NCBI RefSeq assembly: GCF_009914755.1
Contig: NC_060936.1
Strand: one strand, 5' to 3'
DNA from: the human T2T-CHM13v2.0 reference genome, Homo sapiens
DNA: 64,000 nt
In this document: positions 43,564-58,208 of the stretch, one piece after another
How positions within the stretch are numbered: the stretch's first letter is position 1
Layout of the letters: each line of letters opens with the position of its first letter
The notes under the pieces: model-generated
What the model was told of the DNA's origin: nothing
Seen by the model: the letters and a program-made list of their open reading frames with translations, nothing else
The model's database searches: none
Made by a program: the position numbers and the translations under genes

Positions 43564-44662
43564 TGATGGCAGTGGCTGCTGGATCACGCTGGCTACAGCA
43601 GGGAGGCACAGCTCCGGCTGCACACTCCATGGAGCCTATGGGAGCCCCGCCCCTTCTGGGCTGGAGTGGGAGCTCACTGGGTGCCGCTGCAGCTGCCCAA
43701 ACAGCAGCTGCAGACCCAGGCCTCCTGCTCTACGGAGCAGGCAGGAGCCTCGCCTTCCTCAGCGGGGCTACAGCCGCCCAAACTGCAGCTGTGGATCTGA
43801 GCCTTCCTGTGCTCTTGGGGGAGGGCCGGGAGCAGGCAGGCTCTGCCTTCCCGGGTACGGCTGCGGCTGCCCTCCTAGGCACAGGACCCAGGCGTCTCTG
43901 CAGTCTGCACCCCTGGGGGCCCCAGGAAGGACCCCCTAATCCATGCATGCTCGGGGGTGTCTGCTCCCACTGCCTGGCCTCTCTGCTCCTGGCACCTGCT
44001 CCAACCTTCGAGTAGGTTTTGGGACGGAATCCAGGGGCCATGAATGGCAATGGGAGGCAGATTGATTCCTAGGCGGAAGGGGGAAGGTCCCCAGTAAGGC
44101 CCCACCTCTGGACCAGGGAAGGCCTGAAAGTAGGGGGCTGGGCTACCAATCCTGCAGACCAGAGTGAGGACTCATGATGCCTCTTCTTTCCCGCCCATGG
44201 CTGCCCATGGACCAATTGGCACACACTTCCTCCCCTCTGAGGTCCACAAAAACCCTGGGTTCAAGCAGAGCAGAACAGAGGATGGCCAGAGAGAGGATGA
44301 AGAGAGCAAGCGACAGAAAGACAAGGAGACAACCAGCTGCAGAGAGGAGTACCGTCTCCACTGAGAGCAGCAACTGCAGCAGAGAGCTTCAGAGACCTGC
44401 AGAGACATCCAAATGACGTGCCTGCAGAAAGGAGCCACCCTCTCCAGGGTCTCCTCTCCGCTGAGAGCTGAACACTCAAGGGGATGACCTGCCTATAGAA
44501 AGGAGCTACCCACTCCTCTGAGCTGCTCTGACACCAAATAAAACTCTTCCTCTTCTTCACCCTTCACTTGTCTGTGTACCTCATTCTTCCTGGACACAAG
44601 ACAAGAACTCAGGCAAAGGTGCCACAGCCACAGAAAATCGACACCCTAGAGATCCCGTAACA
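43564..44662 (+). mobile_element. MER52-like ERV1 solo LTR (GC/CpG-rich)
   Basis: TG...CA ends (tgatggcagtggc...gatcccgtaaca). Perfect 4-bp TSD ctag at 43560-43563 and 44663-44666. AATAAA at 44537. Confidence 0.88.
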
Positions 44663-44879
44663 CTAGTACTTCACGTGGTCTAAAATCCTAAACAAAAAAT
44701 ACAGCAATAAGGTATGGCAGTGACTTTCAAACTTTAGTGTGCACTAGAACCACCTAGAAGGCTTGTGCAACCACAGATCTCCCCAGCCCCGGAGTTTTTG
44801 AGGAAGTCTGTGGGGGTGAGAACCCCCACATCTAACAAGTTTTCTCTCACACTTTGAGAACCACAGGGTGATGGAAACA

Positions 44880-46600
44880 GAATAAAAAACAGAATTCTGG
44901 GGCTCAGATGGGGGACACAGAATGAGCCAGAAGTTGACAAGCAGAGAAGATCAAGAAGTGCATTATCAGTTGGCACAATAACAACAGTGGGGTGCATTTG
45001 AAGATCTGTGGGAAGTCTACTATGACTGGAGCTCAGGATATGTGAAATGAGGAGCAGATGAGGCTAGAAAGATAGGCCAGGTCCAATTCATGGTGGGGAA
45101 GAAGTTTGGGCTTGGCAGCAGAGGAATTTGTATTTTATTCTTTTGGCACTGAGGAGCAATGATATTTGAGGATACAGAGATTTTTTAAGAAGATATAATT
45201 CTACGTTTACTTTAAGATAGTAGTTCAGGCAGCGGGGAGGAGGATGGACTGAGAGACAGGAGAATGGAAAGTCAGGAGAGTAGCAGGGAGGCTATGGAAA
45301 TGACTGAGAAGAATAATCCATGAATAAGGCCCCTTCTGCGGAGCACAAGAAGAGTCCATCATTGGACAGAAAAGAAGGTTCATTCATTAATTTAACACAT
45401 ATTTATTGAGTTCCTATTATATTCCAGGCACTGTGCTAGGCACAGAGGAAACAGCGAGGAAGGGGACAGACAGATTCTTACTCTCATGGAGCTCTTGGAC
45501 TAGGGGAAAAGAGACAAGGCAATAAGGCCAGCAAAGGAGGAGAGACGATGGAACAATATGTGTGTGATGGCAGAACTGGGGATGGGCCTGTTTGCCTCTT
45601 CTAGTTAGGACCGTGAAGGAAGGCTTCCTGGAGGAAGGGACACTTAAGCCTAAATTCTCAATGGCCAAAATGTTTAACAGGGCATGTGATCTGGGCCCTC
45701 CTTTGGTCTTCAGCTTATTATAAACCATTATCTCTCTCACTCTTCATACTCTAGAGCTGGGCTTCTTTCCATTTTTCCAGCCTCAGGACCTTTGTGCATG
45801 GTTTACCCTTGGCTTGGAATTCTAATAGTTCAGCTTAAACATCGCTTCCACAGAGGATTCCCTATGACCCCAAGATTAGGTCATTACCCTGTTTCACTCT
45901 CTGAAATCTCCCTGTATTTCAGCTTCCTAGTACTTATCACAATGCTTATTAATTCCTTAGTTGAGGATTATTTGTTTAATGCCTGTATTCCCTATTAGAT
46001 CATAAGGTTCATGGGACAGGATTATGTCTGTCTTCTCCATATCTGTATTCTGAGCTCTTAATGCAGTATCTGGAACACAATATGTACTCAGTATTTCATC
46101 TCATAAATGGAAACCAAGACCTAAAGAATAAAAAGGAAATAGGAAAGTAGGGTGTGAAGGGAAGGAATAGCATGCATAAAGTCCCTGAGGTAGAACTGGA
46201 AGGAGCCCAGCATGGTTGGGTCTGGCAGAGACAGACATAAGAGATGGGCCTGAAGAGACAGTCATTGGGAAGACACTCAGAGTTTGGAACCAGGAATCTC
46301 ACAGCAGACCTTTTTAAAAGGCCTACTCTGGTTGCTTTACAAACAGTGTTTCAGGAGGATCAAGAGTGACTAATGATATCATTGAAAGGCTTTTCCAAGA
46401 GTCCAGGTGCTGGGAACACTGGGCAGGGAGGTAGCACTGGGAAGAGAAAGATAAAGACACTTAGGTGGGATACTTAGGAGACAGAACTAATGGAACTTGG
46501 TGGTGAACTGAATGTGAGGATAAAGGAGAAGAATAGTTGTTAAGATTGACCTGGATGTTATTGGTTTGTGGAGACAATCAGTGCCATTTATGGAGGTGGG
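44880..46600. mobile_element. Cluster of L2 fragments in both orientations (L2 3' end on - at ~45380-45650)
   Basis: cattcattaatttaacacatatttattgag...ccaggcactgtgctaggcac; + strand fragment at 45.65-46.1 kb. Confidence 0.7.
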
Positions 46601-46950
46601 AACAATGAACCTCCTGGGCCCTGTAGTGCTCCTCCTTGCAATGAGAGAGTACTTCTAACTAAGAACATAGACTGTAAGGGACTGAGACTGCAGAGACAAT
46701 CCCACAGCCACAGGATTTTAGAGACCGCCAAAGGGACCTTAGAAACCAGTCCAGAATATGTGTGTACATATATTTTACATATACATATAATTCATACTGG
46801 ATGGATAAAATAGTAAAATTCTTTGAAAAAAGGCTACTACTGCTAAAAATATTTGATCACCACTGTGCTGCGTAATGGTGTCAATTCCCCTACACATTAG
46901 CAGATTGATAGGTGACATGCAACCCCAGTTTTGTTACTGCAGAATATTAG

Positions 46951-47266
<316 letters not shown>

Positions 47267-47311
47267 TAGATTTCTTTTCTGTATCTAGAGGTGGTAACTT
47301 TTCTTCTAAAT

Positions 47312-50178
47312 CAGAAGATGGCAAAATTTTTCTGTAAAGGGCCAGATAGTAAATATTTTAGGCTTTGTAGATGCTACAGCCTCTGTTGCAGCTACTCAAT
47401 TCTCAGCCACAGACAGTATGTAAATCAATGAACATGGCTATGTGATATAGATTGGATATTTGTCCCCACCCAAATCTCATGTTGAAATGTAATCCCCAAT
47501 GTTGGAGGTGGGGCCTGGTGGGAGGTGTCTGGATCATGGGAGTGGATCCCTCAGGAAATGGCTTGGGTCATCCTCTTGGTGATAGGTGAGCTCTCACTCT
47601 GAGTGCACATGAGATTTGGGTTGTTTAAAAGTGTGTGGCACCTCCCCCCACCTACTTTCTCTTTTTCTCTGTTCTTGCCATGTGATGTGCCTGCTCCCCC
47701 TTAGCTTTCCGCCATGATCGAAAGTTTTCTGAGGACCCCCCAGAAGCAGATGCTGCTGTGCTTCCTGCAGAGCCTGCAGAACCATGAGTCAATTAAACCT
47801 CTTTTCTTACAAATTACCCAGTCTCAGATATTTCCTTATGGCAATGCAAGAATGGATTAATACAGAAAATTGGTACCAAGGAGTGGGACACTGCTAAAAA
47901 GATACCTGAAAATGTGGAAGTAGCTTTGGAACTGGATAATAGAGGTTGCAAGAGTTTGTAGGGCTCAGAAGACAGGAAGATGAGGGAAAGTTTGAAACTT
48001 CTTTGAGACTAGCCAAATGGTTGTGACCAAACTGCTGATAGTGATGTGGACAGTGAAATCTAGGTTGCTGAAGTCTCTGATGGAAATTAAGAACTTATTG
48101 GGAACTAGAGCAAAGATCACATGTGTTATACCTTAACGAAAAACTTGGCTGCATTCTGTTCATGCCCTAGGGATCCACGGAAGTTTGAACTTCATAATGA
48201 TGATTTAGGATATCTGGTGGAAGCAATTTATAAACAGCAAAGCATTCAAGAGGTGGCCTAGCTGCTTCTGACAACCTACCCTCTGATGTGGGAACAAAAG
48301 AATGACTTAAAGTTAGAACTTATATTTAAACAGGAAGAAGAACATACACGTTTGGAAAAATTGCTGCCTAGCCATGTGACAAAGAAAGAAAAAGCTTTTT
48401 CAGGAGAGGATTTCAAGCAGGCTGTGAAGCAACTACTTGCTGGAGAAATTTTCACAACTGAAAAGGAACCACATGCTAATAGCCAAGACAATGGAAAACA
48501 AGGCTTCAAAGGCATTTCAGAGATCTTTGAAGCAGCCCCTCCCATCTTAGGCCCTGAGGCTTAGGAGAACTTAATGGCTTCAGGGACCAGGCCAAGGGCC
48601 TTACTGCCCTGCGCAGCCTTGGGACATTTTTCCCGGCATCCTGGCTGCTCCAGCTCCAGCCTTGGCTCAAAGGGCCCCAGATGCAGCTCAGAATGCTGCT
48701 CCAGAGGGTAAAAACCATAAGCCTTGGGGGCTTCCCTGTGGTGTTAAGCCTGTGGGTGCAAGAGTACAAGAGTTGAGTCTTGGGAGCCTCTGCCCAGATT
48801 TCAGAGGATAAATGGAAAAGCTTCGGTGTCCATGCAGAAGCCTGCTACAGGGGCAGAGCCCTCACAGAGAACTCTACTAGGGCAATGCCAAGGGGAAATG
48901 TGGATTGTAGGCCCCACATGGAGTCCTCACTGGGGCATTTCTAGTGGAGCTGTGAGAAGGGGACCACCATCCTCCAGACCTGAGAAGAGTAGATCCACCA
49001 GCTGCTTGCACCCTGAGCCTGGAAAAGCCACAGGCATTGCATTCAACTCCAGCCCATGAGCGCAGCCTTGGAGGCTAAACTCTGCAAAGTCACAGAGGCA
49101 GAGCTGCCAAAGGCCTTGGGAGCCCACCCCTTGCATCATATGCCTTGGATGTGGGACATGGGGTCAAAGGAGATTTTGGAGCTTTAAGATATAGTGACTG
49201 CCCTGCTGGGTTTCAAACTTTGACGGGCCTGTAGCTCCTTTCTTTTGGTCAATTTCTCCCTTTTGGAATGGGAATGTTTATGCAATGCCTATCCCCCCAT
49301 TGTATCTTGGGAGTAACTAACTTGTTTTTGATTTTACAGGCTCATAGGTAGAAGGGATTTGCCTTGTCTCAGATGGGACTGTGGACTTTCGAGTTAATGC
49401 TGAAATAAGACTTTGCAGGGACTGTCAAGAAGGCATGATTGTATTTTGCAATGTGAGAAGGACATGAACTTTGGGAGGGCCCAGGGACAAAATGATACTG
49501 TTTAGGTATTTGTCCCTGCCCAAATCTCATATTGAAATGTAATCCCCAGGGTTGGAGGTGAGGCCTGGTGGAAGGTGTTTGGATCAAAGGAGTGGATCCC
49601 TCAGGAAATGGCTTGGGCCATCCTCTTGGTGATAAGTGACCATCCACTTGGTGATAAATGACCTTCCACTGAGTTCACATGAGATTCTGATCATTTAAAA
49701 GTGATTCTCATGATTCTAGGCAGTTTTGTAACCTGCCAAAAGCAGAAAAGTGAAGAGTGGCACCTCCCCACTCCACCCCTACTTTCTCTCTCTCTTTCTT
49801 TCTTCTCACCATGTGATGTACCTGCTTCCCTTTGCCTTCTACCACCATTGGGAGCTTCCTGAGGACTCCCCACAAGCAGATGCTACCATGCTCCCTGTGC
49901 ACCCCGCAGAACTGGGAGTTCATTGAATCTCTTTTCTTATAAATTACCCAGTCTAAGATATTTCTTGATAGCGATGCAAGAACAACCTAGCATACTATAC
50001 TTCGATAAATGTTTAGTCACAGACACTGAAATCTGAATTTCATAACATTTTCAGAGGTCAAAAATAATATCCTCCTTTTGGTCTTTTCAACCAATGAAAA
50101 ATGTAAAAACCATTCTTAGCTCACAGACCATACAACTACAGTATCTGCCCCATGTGCTTGAATTTGTGGACTTCAGTC
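47312..50178. mobile_element. MER58B-like hAT element split by the MaLR provirus
   Basis: ggcaaaattttttctgtaaagggccagatagtaaatattttaggc (left); aaaaatgtaaaaaccattcttagctc (right). Confidence 0.75.
47443..49994 (+). mobile_element. Complete MSTA-like MaLR provirus (LTR 47443-47864, internal 47865-49492, LTR 49493-49994)
   Basis: Two homologous LTRs in direct orientation. Internal part starts gaaaattggtaccaagg. TSD ctatg/ctata. Confidence 0.9.
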
Positions 50179-51267
50179 CTAAATGAGAGAGCTTTTCCAC
50201 AGAGACATGGAGTCACAACATATAGGTAAAGAAAAGCAAGCTTTAGTGCCATATCCTGGTCTTATGTAATCCAATGGAGAAAACAGGAGAAGATTCCTAG
50301 CCAAGAAGAGGAATTAAAGATTCTCATGATTCCAGGCAGTTTTGAACCTGCTGAAAGCAGAAAAGTGAAGAGGAAATCACCCCATGTCATCTGGTTGGGA
50401 ACAGCTCATCTCAGTGGCCCTAAAATGGGGTACCTCTGGCTGCTTTCTTTATTGTGGAAGCCAGGTGCATTCTGATTCTTATTCTTACTCAGAGCTCAGG
50501 CATGTCAAGTGAACCAGGTGCAGAAACTCACCAACCCCTTTAAGATATAAAGCTAAATGCTGATCATGTTCTTAGCTTTCAAGTATAATACTCATAACTA
50601 AACTCAAACTGCTGTATTATCTTCAAGCTAAGTAAGCTAACCATATATTAAAGAACTACAGGCTTCAACTACTTGAGGGACAATATAGAGATCAAAGAAA
50701 GGTAGTGTCATTACAAAGTGACATTTGCTTAAGAAGCTTTGAATTATCTCTAAACTGATCTTCCTGGATCTCCTATCAAGATCCACAAACTCAAATGATT
50801 GTCCCCAGACTAAGGATATGTATAGAGAGCCGAAGATACATATCACTATATATGCTCTTCAGTGCTCTTTTGATAAATTATAATTATATGTATATAACTA
50901 CTTATATCAAAGTATTTCACTCTTGGGCTATGAACTACTTGAAGCTAGGGATCTTATCTTATTCATCTCTGAAATCTCAGTATCAACTACAATTACTATC
51001 ATATAGATAAATCCGAATAAATATTGGTTGAATGAGTTAATGACAAGGCCATAAACTTATTAAAACTATAATATGGAAGAGGCAATATTTGCTTCTGTGC
51101 AAAATACAAAACATTATCTTAAAATACACACCAAGGAGCACACTTTGTGTATGTGCCTATCTCTCAGAATAATCTGGAGACTAAGGAAGTCTGTGATAAG
51201 GTAAAAGCATAGAATTTCTTGCTTACTTACCTGACAACCAAGTGGGATTTTAGTCATTAAATACCCC

Positions 51268-51722
51268 TGTGGCAAACACTACAGGATCTGCTTAGCCGAA
51301 GCAATCCCCACCCCACTTTTCTCTTGCCACCTTCCACAGAACAAGCTGAAAAATATAAAAACTCACTTTCTCTGTCTCCCTTGTTGATAGGGAAGCCCAT
51401 TTGACCACATTATGGCCAATGGACTGTAACCAGAAGTCTCCTGGGGATTCCTGGGAAATCTGTGCTTTTCTGATAAAGGCTCTGATAACTGCTGCCAATT
51501 CCCTCTTCTTCCTCCTTTGACTGGGGACAGCAGGAACCAATTTGCAACCATGAGGATAAGGCCAGAAGAATGCCAACACACTGGCCCTGGCATCATTGAG
51601 CTGCTGAACCAATACCCAAATCTTTCTATCTCCAGATTTCCTGTGTGAGAAAAGGTAACAATTTTTATTTAAGCCACTGTTAGATGATATTCTTTTTCTT
51701 GCAAATGAGCATACTTCTAATG
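51268..51722 (+). mobile_element. MLT1 (I/J-like) LTR
   Basis: tgtggcaaacact...gccctggcatcattgagctgctgaaccaa...tttaagccactgttag. Confidence 0.7.
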
Positions 51723-52159
51723 GCTGAAAAGCCTATTTTGAAAAACAAAAACTCCTAAGTGCCAATTAATTAATCTCCAAATGTTACAGCACCATCACTA
51801 AATATTATCTTACTATTTTCTGTTTAACTAGAGGTTATTTGGGGGTCCTTTTAAAACGTTTATTCCCCCAGGTATCTAGCCAATTAAACCACTACCATTC
51901 ACTGTTTCTTTAGCACCTCTTTGCACTTACTCTGAGCACTGTCTTCAAGAAAATCTTAGTTTCTTTCATTCAACTCTTTGAAGGATAAATACATCATTTT
52001 CCATAATCTATCTACTTTCCTTTTAAGTGATATGAATTTAGTTTATTTATTCAATTTGTTATGGCATATTTCCAGAAAAGATTTTTGGTGGGCACTGTCA
52101 ATCTGAAGCTCTATGTCTTAGGTGGAATTTTACTTACATCAAAAGACAGGAGAGCTATA

Positions 52160-54250
<2,091 letters not shown>

Positions 54251-54259
54251 AGCCACAAA

Positions 54260-55020
54260 AATGAGAACAGGGAACCTGAAGCCCAAAGATGTACACACAA
54301 CTAAGAATCACTAAACATTTAAGAAAAGCAACACCTTGAAAGAGGCACATCAAATAAACTCAAAAGTCAACACTTATACAAATAGAGTTAATAGGGCACA
54401 AAGAGTCTTTTAAAATGTCATATTAATATCTTCTGAGGGACAAGATAAGACATAATATTCACAAAATGAGAAGACCTTGATATAAAAAAGAACCACTTGG
54501 GCATCTTATAAATATAAACATAAATATAAAAATTAAACCATCAAGGTAAATAGATAAATAATATCTAAATTGTCAGTAGAAAAATGAGATAACTAAAGAC
54601 CCAATTAAAAAGTGGGAATATTGAAAATTATTAAGTAATTTTTCAGCTTATAAAGCAAAAGGAAGACAGTAAAGAGATGTGGCAAATAACTCCAGAAACC
54701 CCAATATAAGTATGGTAGACACTGCAGAAGAGCAGGAGTGGAAAAATAGGAGAACGAAAAGAATCAAGAAGAGGAAATAATCGAAAGAATAATAGAAGAA
54801 AATTCCCCCCAAATCATATAGTTTCAGATTGATAGTGTCTACCAGAGCCTGGGATAATGAAAAAAGACCCAAACTAGATAGATACATCATAGTAAAAATT
54901 TGTGTATCAAAGATAAGGAGAAAAATCCTAAAAGTTTTCAGTGAACAGTACAACAAAACAATATTAAACAAACAAAATAACTGATGCCACCTACAAGGGA
55001 ATGAGTAACAAGGATTTCAT
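54260..55020 (+). mobile_element. Old L1ME-like ORF1 remnant
   Basis: gaataatagaagaaaattcccc...gtttcagattga...tacatcatagtaaaaattt. Confidence 0.55.
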
Positions 55021-55249
55021 GCTGAGGAAAAGTGTACCTCTTCCAAATGACTACATTCTTTTCCCCTTTTAGTAAGATGGTTATGAAACCTATCATATTT
55101 CCTTTTTTGCCCTGGATGACAGGAAGCTATGATGTTTAAGCACTGGAGCCATGTTAACTAATATGCTAAAATATATGAATTTTATTTCCCATTCCTAGTT
55201 GTCAATTATTTTGTGTATTTAACTAGCATATAAGTATTTCTTTAAAATT

Positions 55250-55551
55250 TTTAAATTGTGGCAAAATACATACAGCATAACATTTACCGTCTTAATCATT
55301 TTTAAACGTACCTTTCAAAATAGTGTTAAAATACATTCACATGTTTGTGCAACCAATCCCCAGAACTCTTTTCTTGTAAAATTGGAACTCTATACCCATA
55401 AAAGAAGATCCCATTTTCCCTCCTCCCAACCCCTGCAACAAATATGATACTTTCCGTCTCTCTGATTTTGACTACTCTAGGTACTTTACATAAGACAAAT
55501 CATATAGTATTTATACTTTTGTAAATGGCTTATTTCATTTAGCACAGTGTC
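55250..55551 (-). mobile_element. L1MB3-like 3' end; continues at 57953-58950
   Basis: aattgtggcaaaatacatac...catttaccgtcttaatcatttttaa is the reverse complement of the 3' end seen at 28.6-29.4 kb. Confidence 0.8.
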
Positions 55552-55666
55552 CAGTAACACACCTACTGACCTTCATAGCTTAGCCTAGCCTACCTGAAAT
55601 GTGCTCAGAATACTTACATTCGCCTACAGTTGGGCAAAATCATTTAACACAAAGCCTATTTTATAA

Positions 55667-55899
55667 GTAAACTCATGTTATGGGGGTTTGTTGTACAGAT
55701 TATTTTATCACCCAGGTACTAAGTACACAATTGTTATTTTTTCTGATCCTCTCCTTCCTCCCACCCTCCACCCTCAAGTGGGCCCCAGTGTCTGTTGCTC
55801 CCCTCTTTGTGTCCATGAGTTCTCATCATTTAGCTTATAATTGAGAACATGCTGTATTTGGTTTTGTTTCTGCCTTAGTTTGCTAAGGATAATGGCCTC
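55667..55899 (-). mobile_element. L1PA(13-16)-like 3'UTR fragment without poly(A), with 19-bp TSD
   Basis: cacaaagcctattttataa exact at 55648-55666 and 55900-55918. Confidence 0.8.
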
Positions 55900-56872
55900 C
55901 ACAAAGCCTATTTTATAATAAAGTGTGACACTTTACATATCTCATGTAACTTATTGAATACTATACTGAAAATGAAAACAGAATTATTATAAGGATACTC
56001 ACCATTAATGTGTACAGATGAAAGCACACTGAGCCTGAAGAATGTTCAAAGCATTAAGCTAAAATTAAGTGCTGATAATGGGGATGCTACAGCTACAGAG
56101 TCATCAATTTCACTCTCTTCTGATGAGTCTTGAGAATAGCTGGCAGAAGGCACTGGGACACTGACACTTGTTTATGGTTTAGAAGGCAAAGTGTTCTTCA
56201 GGTAGATACCAAGTTTTGACAATATGTTTTTTCTTTTCATTACATATTTCTTCATTGCAAGGAAGAGCATCCTTTTTACTCCCATAGAGCTCTTGGATTA
56301 ATAGGGAAAAAAGAAAAGGTAATAAGGCTGGCAAAGAACAGGAGAGACTATGGAACAATATGTGTGTGATAGCAATTGTAATTGTCACCCATTTGTCCTA
56401 ACATTCACACACCACTGCTGATAGTAGAAAACACCGCTGCCAGTTTATTTGCTATGAACTTTCTTGGTGCCTCAGGAACAATTTCTTCTATCTTTGCCCC
56501 AACTTCTTTACTTCTTTCTTTTTCCAGCTTCTCATTGGAAAGCTCTTCAGCCTCGATGCCAACAAGCTTATGAATACGGCAGAATCTCTGTTAACATTTT
56601 GAATGTGTTCACATATGTCTTCAAAACTTTCTTCCAAATGCTGTTCATGCATGGCTGTGTGACTTCTTCCCATGCTGCATCGATGTTCCAGATAGCATTT
56701 AGAATGTTAAAAATCCCTCCGAAACGCTCAGAATATTTGGCCAGATTCAGTCACTTCAACAGCCTGTGCAAACATTTGATATAAATAGTATGCATTGAAT
56801 ACACAGTCCATAGAAACCATATTGCTTTTGCACCACCATAAGTTAAAAAAATCATTAAATTGAACAGTTACA

Positions 56873-56997
56873 GGCCAGGAGTGGTGGCTCACACCTGTAA
56901 TGTCGGCAATTTGGGAGGCTGAGGTGGGAGGATCCCTTGAGCCCAGGAGTTCAAGACCAGCCTAGGCAACATAGTGAGACCCTGTTCTAAAAAAAAG
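56873..56997 (+). mobile_element. Alu monomer (FLAM_C-like)
   Basis: ggccaggagtggtggctcac...atagtgagaccctgttctaaaaaaaa. Confidence 0.85.
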
Positions 56998-57109
56998 TTA
57001 AATAAATAATTTTTTTAAAAAGCTGAACCATTGCAAGCTGGGGACTATCTGTGTGTGTGTGAGTGTGTGTGTGTGTGTCTGTATATATATGTAAAACTCA
57101 AAAGTCAAT

Positions 57110-57114
<5 letters not shown>

Positions 57115-57156
<42 letters not shown>
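57115..57156. repeat. (TA)21 microsatellite
   Basis: Directly visible. Confidence 0.95.
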
Positions 57157-57159
<3 letters not shown>

Positions 57160-57276
57160 ACGTATATAGCAAATAAACTCAAAAGTCAACACCTATACAA
57201 ATATAGCTAATAGGGCATAAAGAGCTTTTGAAAATTTCATATTAATATCTTCAGAGGGACAAGAGAACATATATTT

Positions 57277-58208
57277 ATGCTGCTTATATAGCCTTCAGAA
57301 CCACAATCTAAATAAGCCTTTTTTTCTTTATAAATTCAGGCCCGAGTATTCCATTATAGCAACACAAATGGACTAAGATAGGACTTGAATTGGCATTTCT
57401 CCAAAGAAGTTAACAAATGGCTGACAAGCATAGGAAAAGGTGGTCAACATCACTAATCCTTAAGGAAATGCAAATCCAAACCACAATGAGGTACCACCTC
57501 ACACCCATTAAGATGGCTACTATCCCATACACACACACATATATATATATATTTATATATCTGAACCCCTGTTCAGATATATGATTTTATTTATATATAA
57601 TATATATATTTATGCATCTGAACCTCTTTTCAGATGTTTTATTTGTATATAAATAGACATTATATATCTTATATATAAAAATATTTATGTTTATATTTAT
57701 GTATCTGAACTCTGTTCAGATATATGATTTTATATATATATATTTATATGGGATAGTAGCCATCTTAATGGCTACTATAAATATATAAATAAATATATAA
57801 TGTAAATTATATATACAATTATATAAATTATATTTTAAAATATACATTTTTAAAAATATATAATCCCATAAATATATATTGGACTTATATATATAAAGCC
57901 ATATAAATAAACATGTATTTTTATATATAAATAAATTATATATATATCTATATATAGGATAGTAGCCATTTTAATGGGTGTGAGGTGGTACCTCATTGTG
58001 GTTTGGATTTGCATTTCCCTAATGATTAGTGATGTTGACCATCTTTTCCTATGCTTCTGAACAGCCATTTGTTTATCGTCTTTGGAGAAACGTCAATTCA
58101 AGTCCTATCTTAGCCCATTTGTGTTGCTATAAAGAAATACTCAAGGCTGGATTTACTTCAAAAAGAGATTTATTTGTCTTATGGTTTTGAAGGCTATATA
58201 AGAAGCAT
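57277..58208. repeat. Long inverted repeat: ~255-bp arms (57277-57529 and 57953-58208) with a ~420-bp AT-rich spacer
   Basis: ggaaatgcaaatccaaaccacaatgaggtaccacctcacacccatta is reverse-complemented in the right arm. Both arms span the same L1/MST junction. Confidence 0.92.

Larger units (their letters stand above)
55552..57050. mobile_element. MER47/Tigger5-like DNA transposon remnant: left TIR missing, right TIR ...gaaccattgcaagctggggactatctg
   Basis: catagcttagcctagcctacc...tacagttgggcaaaatc. Internal transposase-like decayed sequence on the - strand. Confidence 0.7.

Noticed and set aside
43563-44560. Dense overlapping ORFs (up to 150 aa)
   Set aside because: All lie inside a GC-rich LTR, where stop codons are scarce. 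No recognisable protein.
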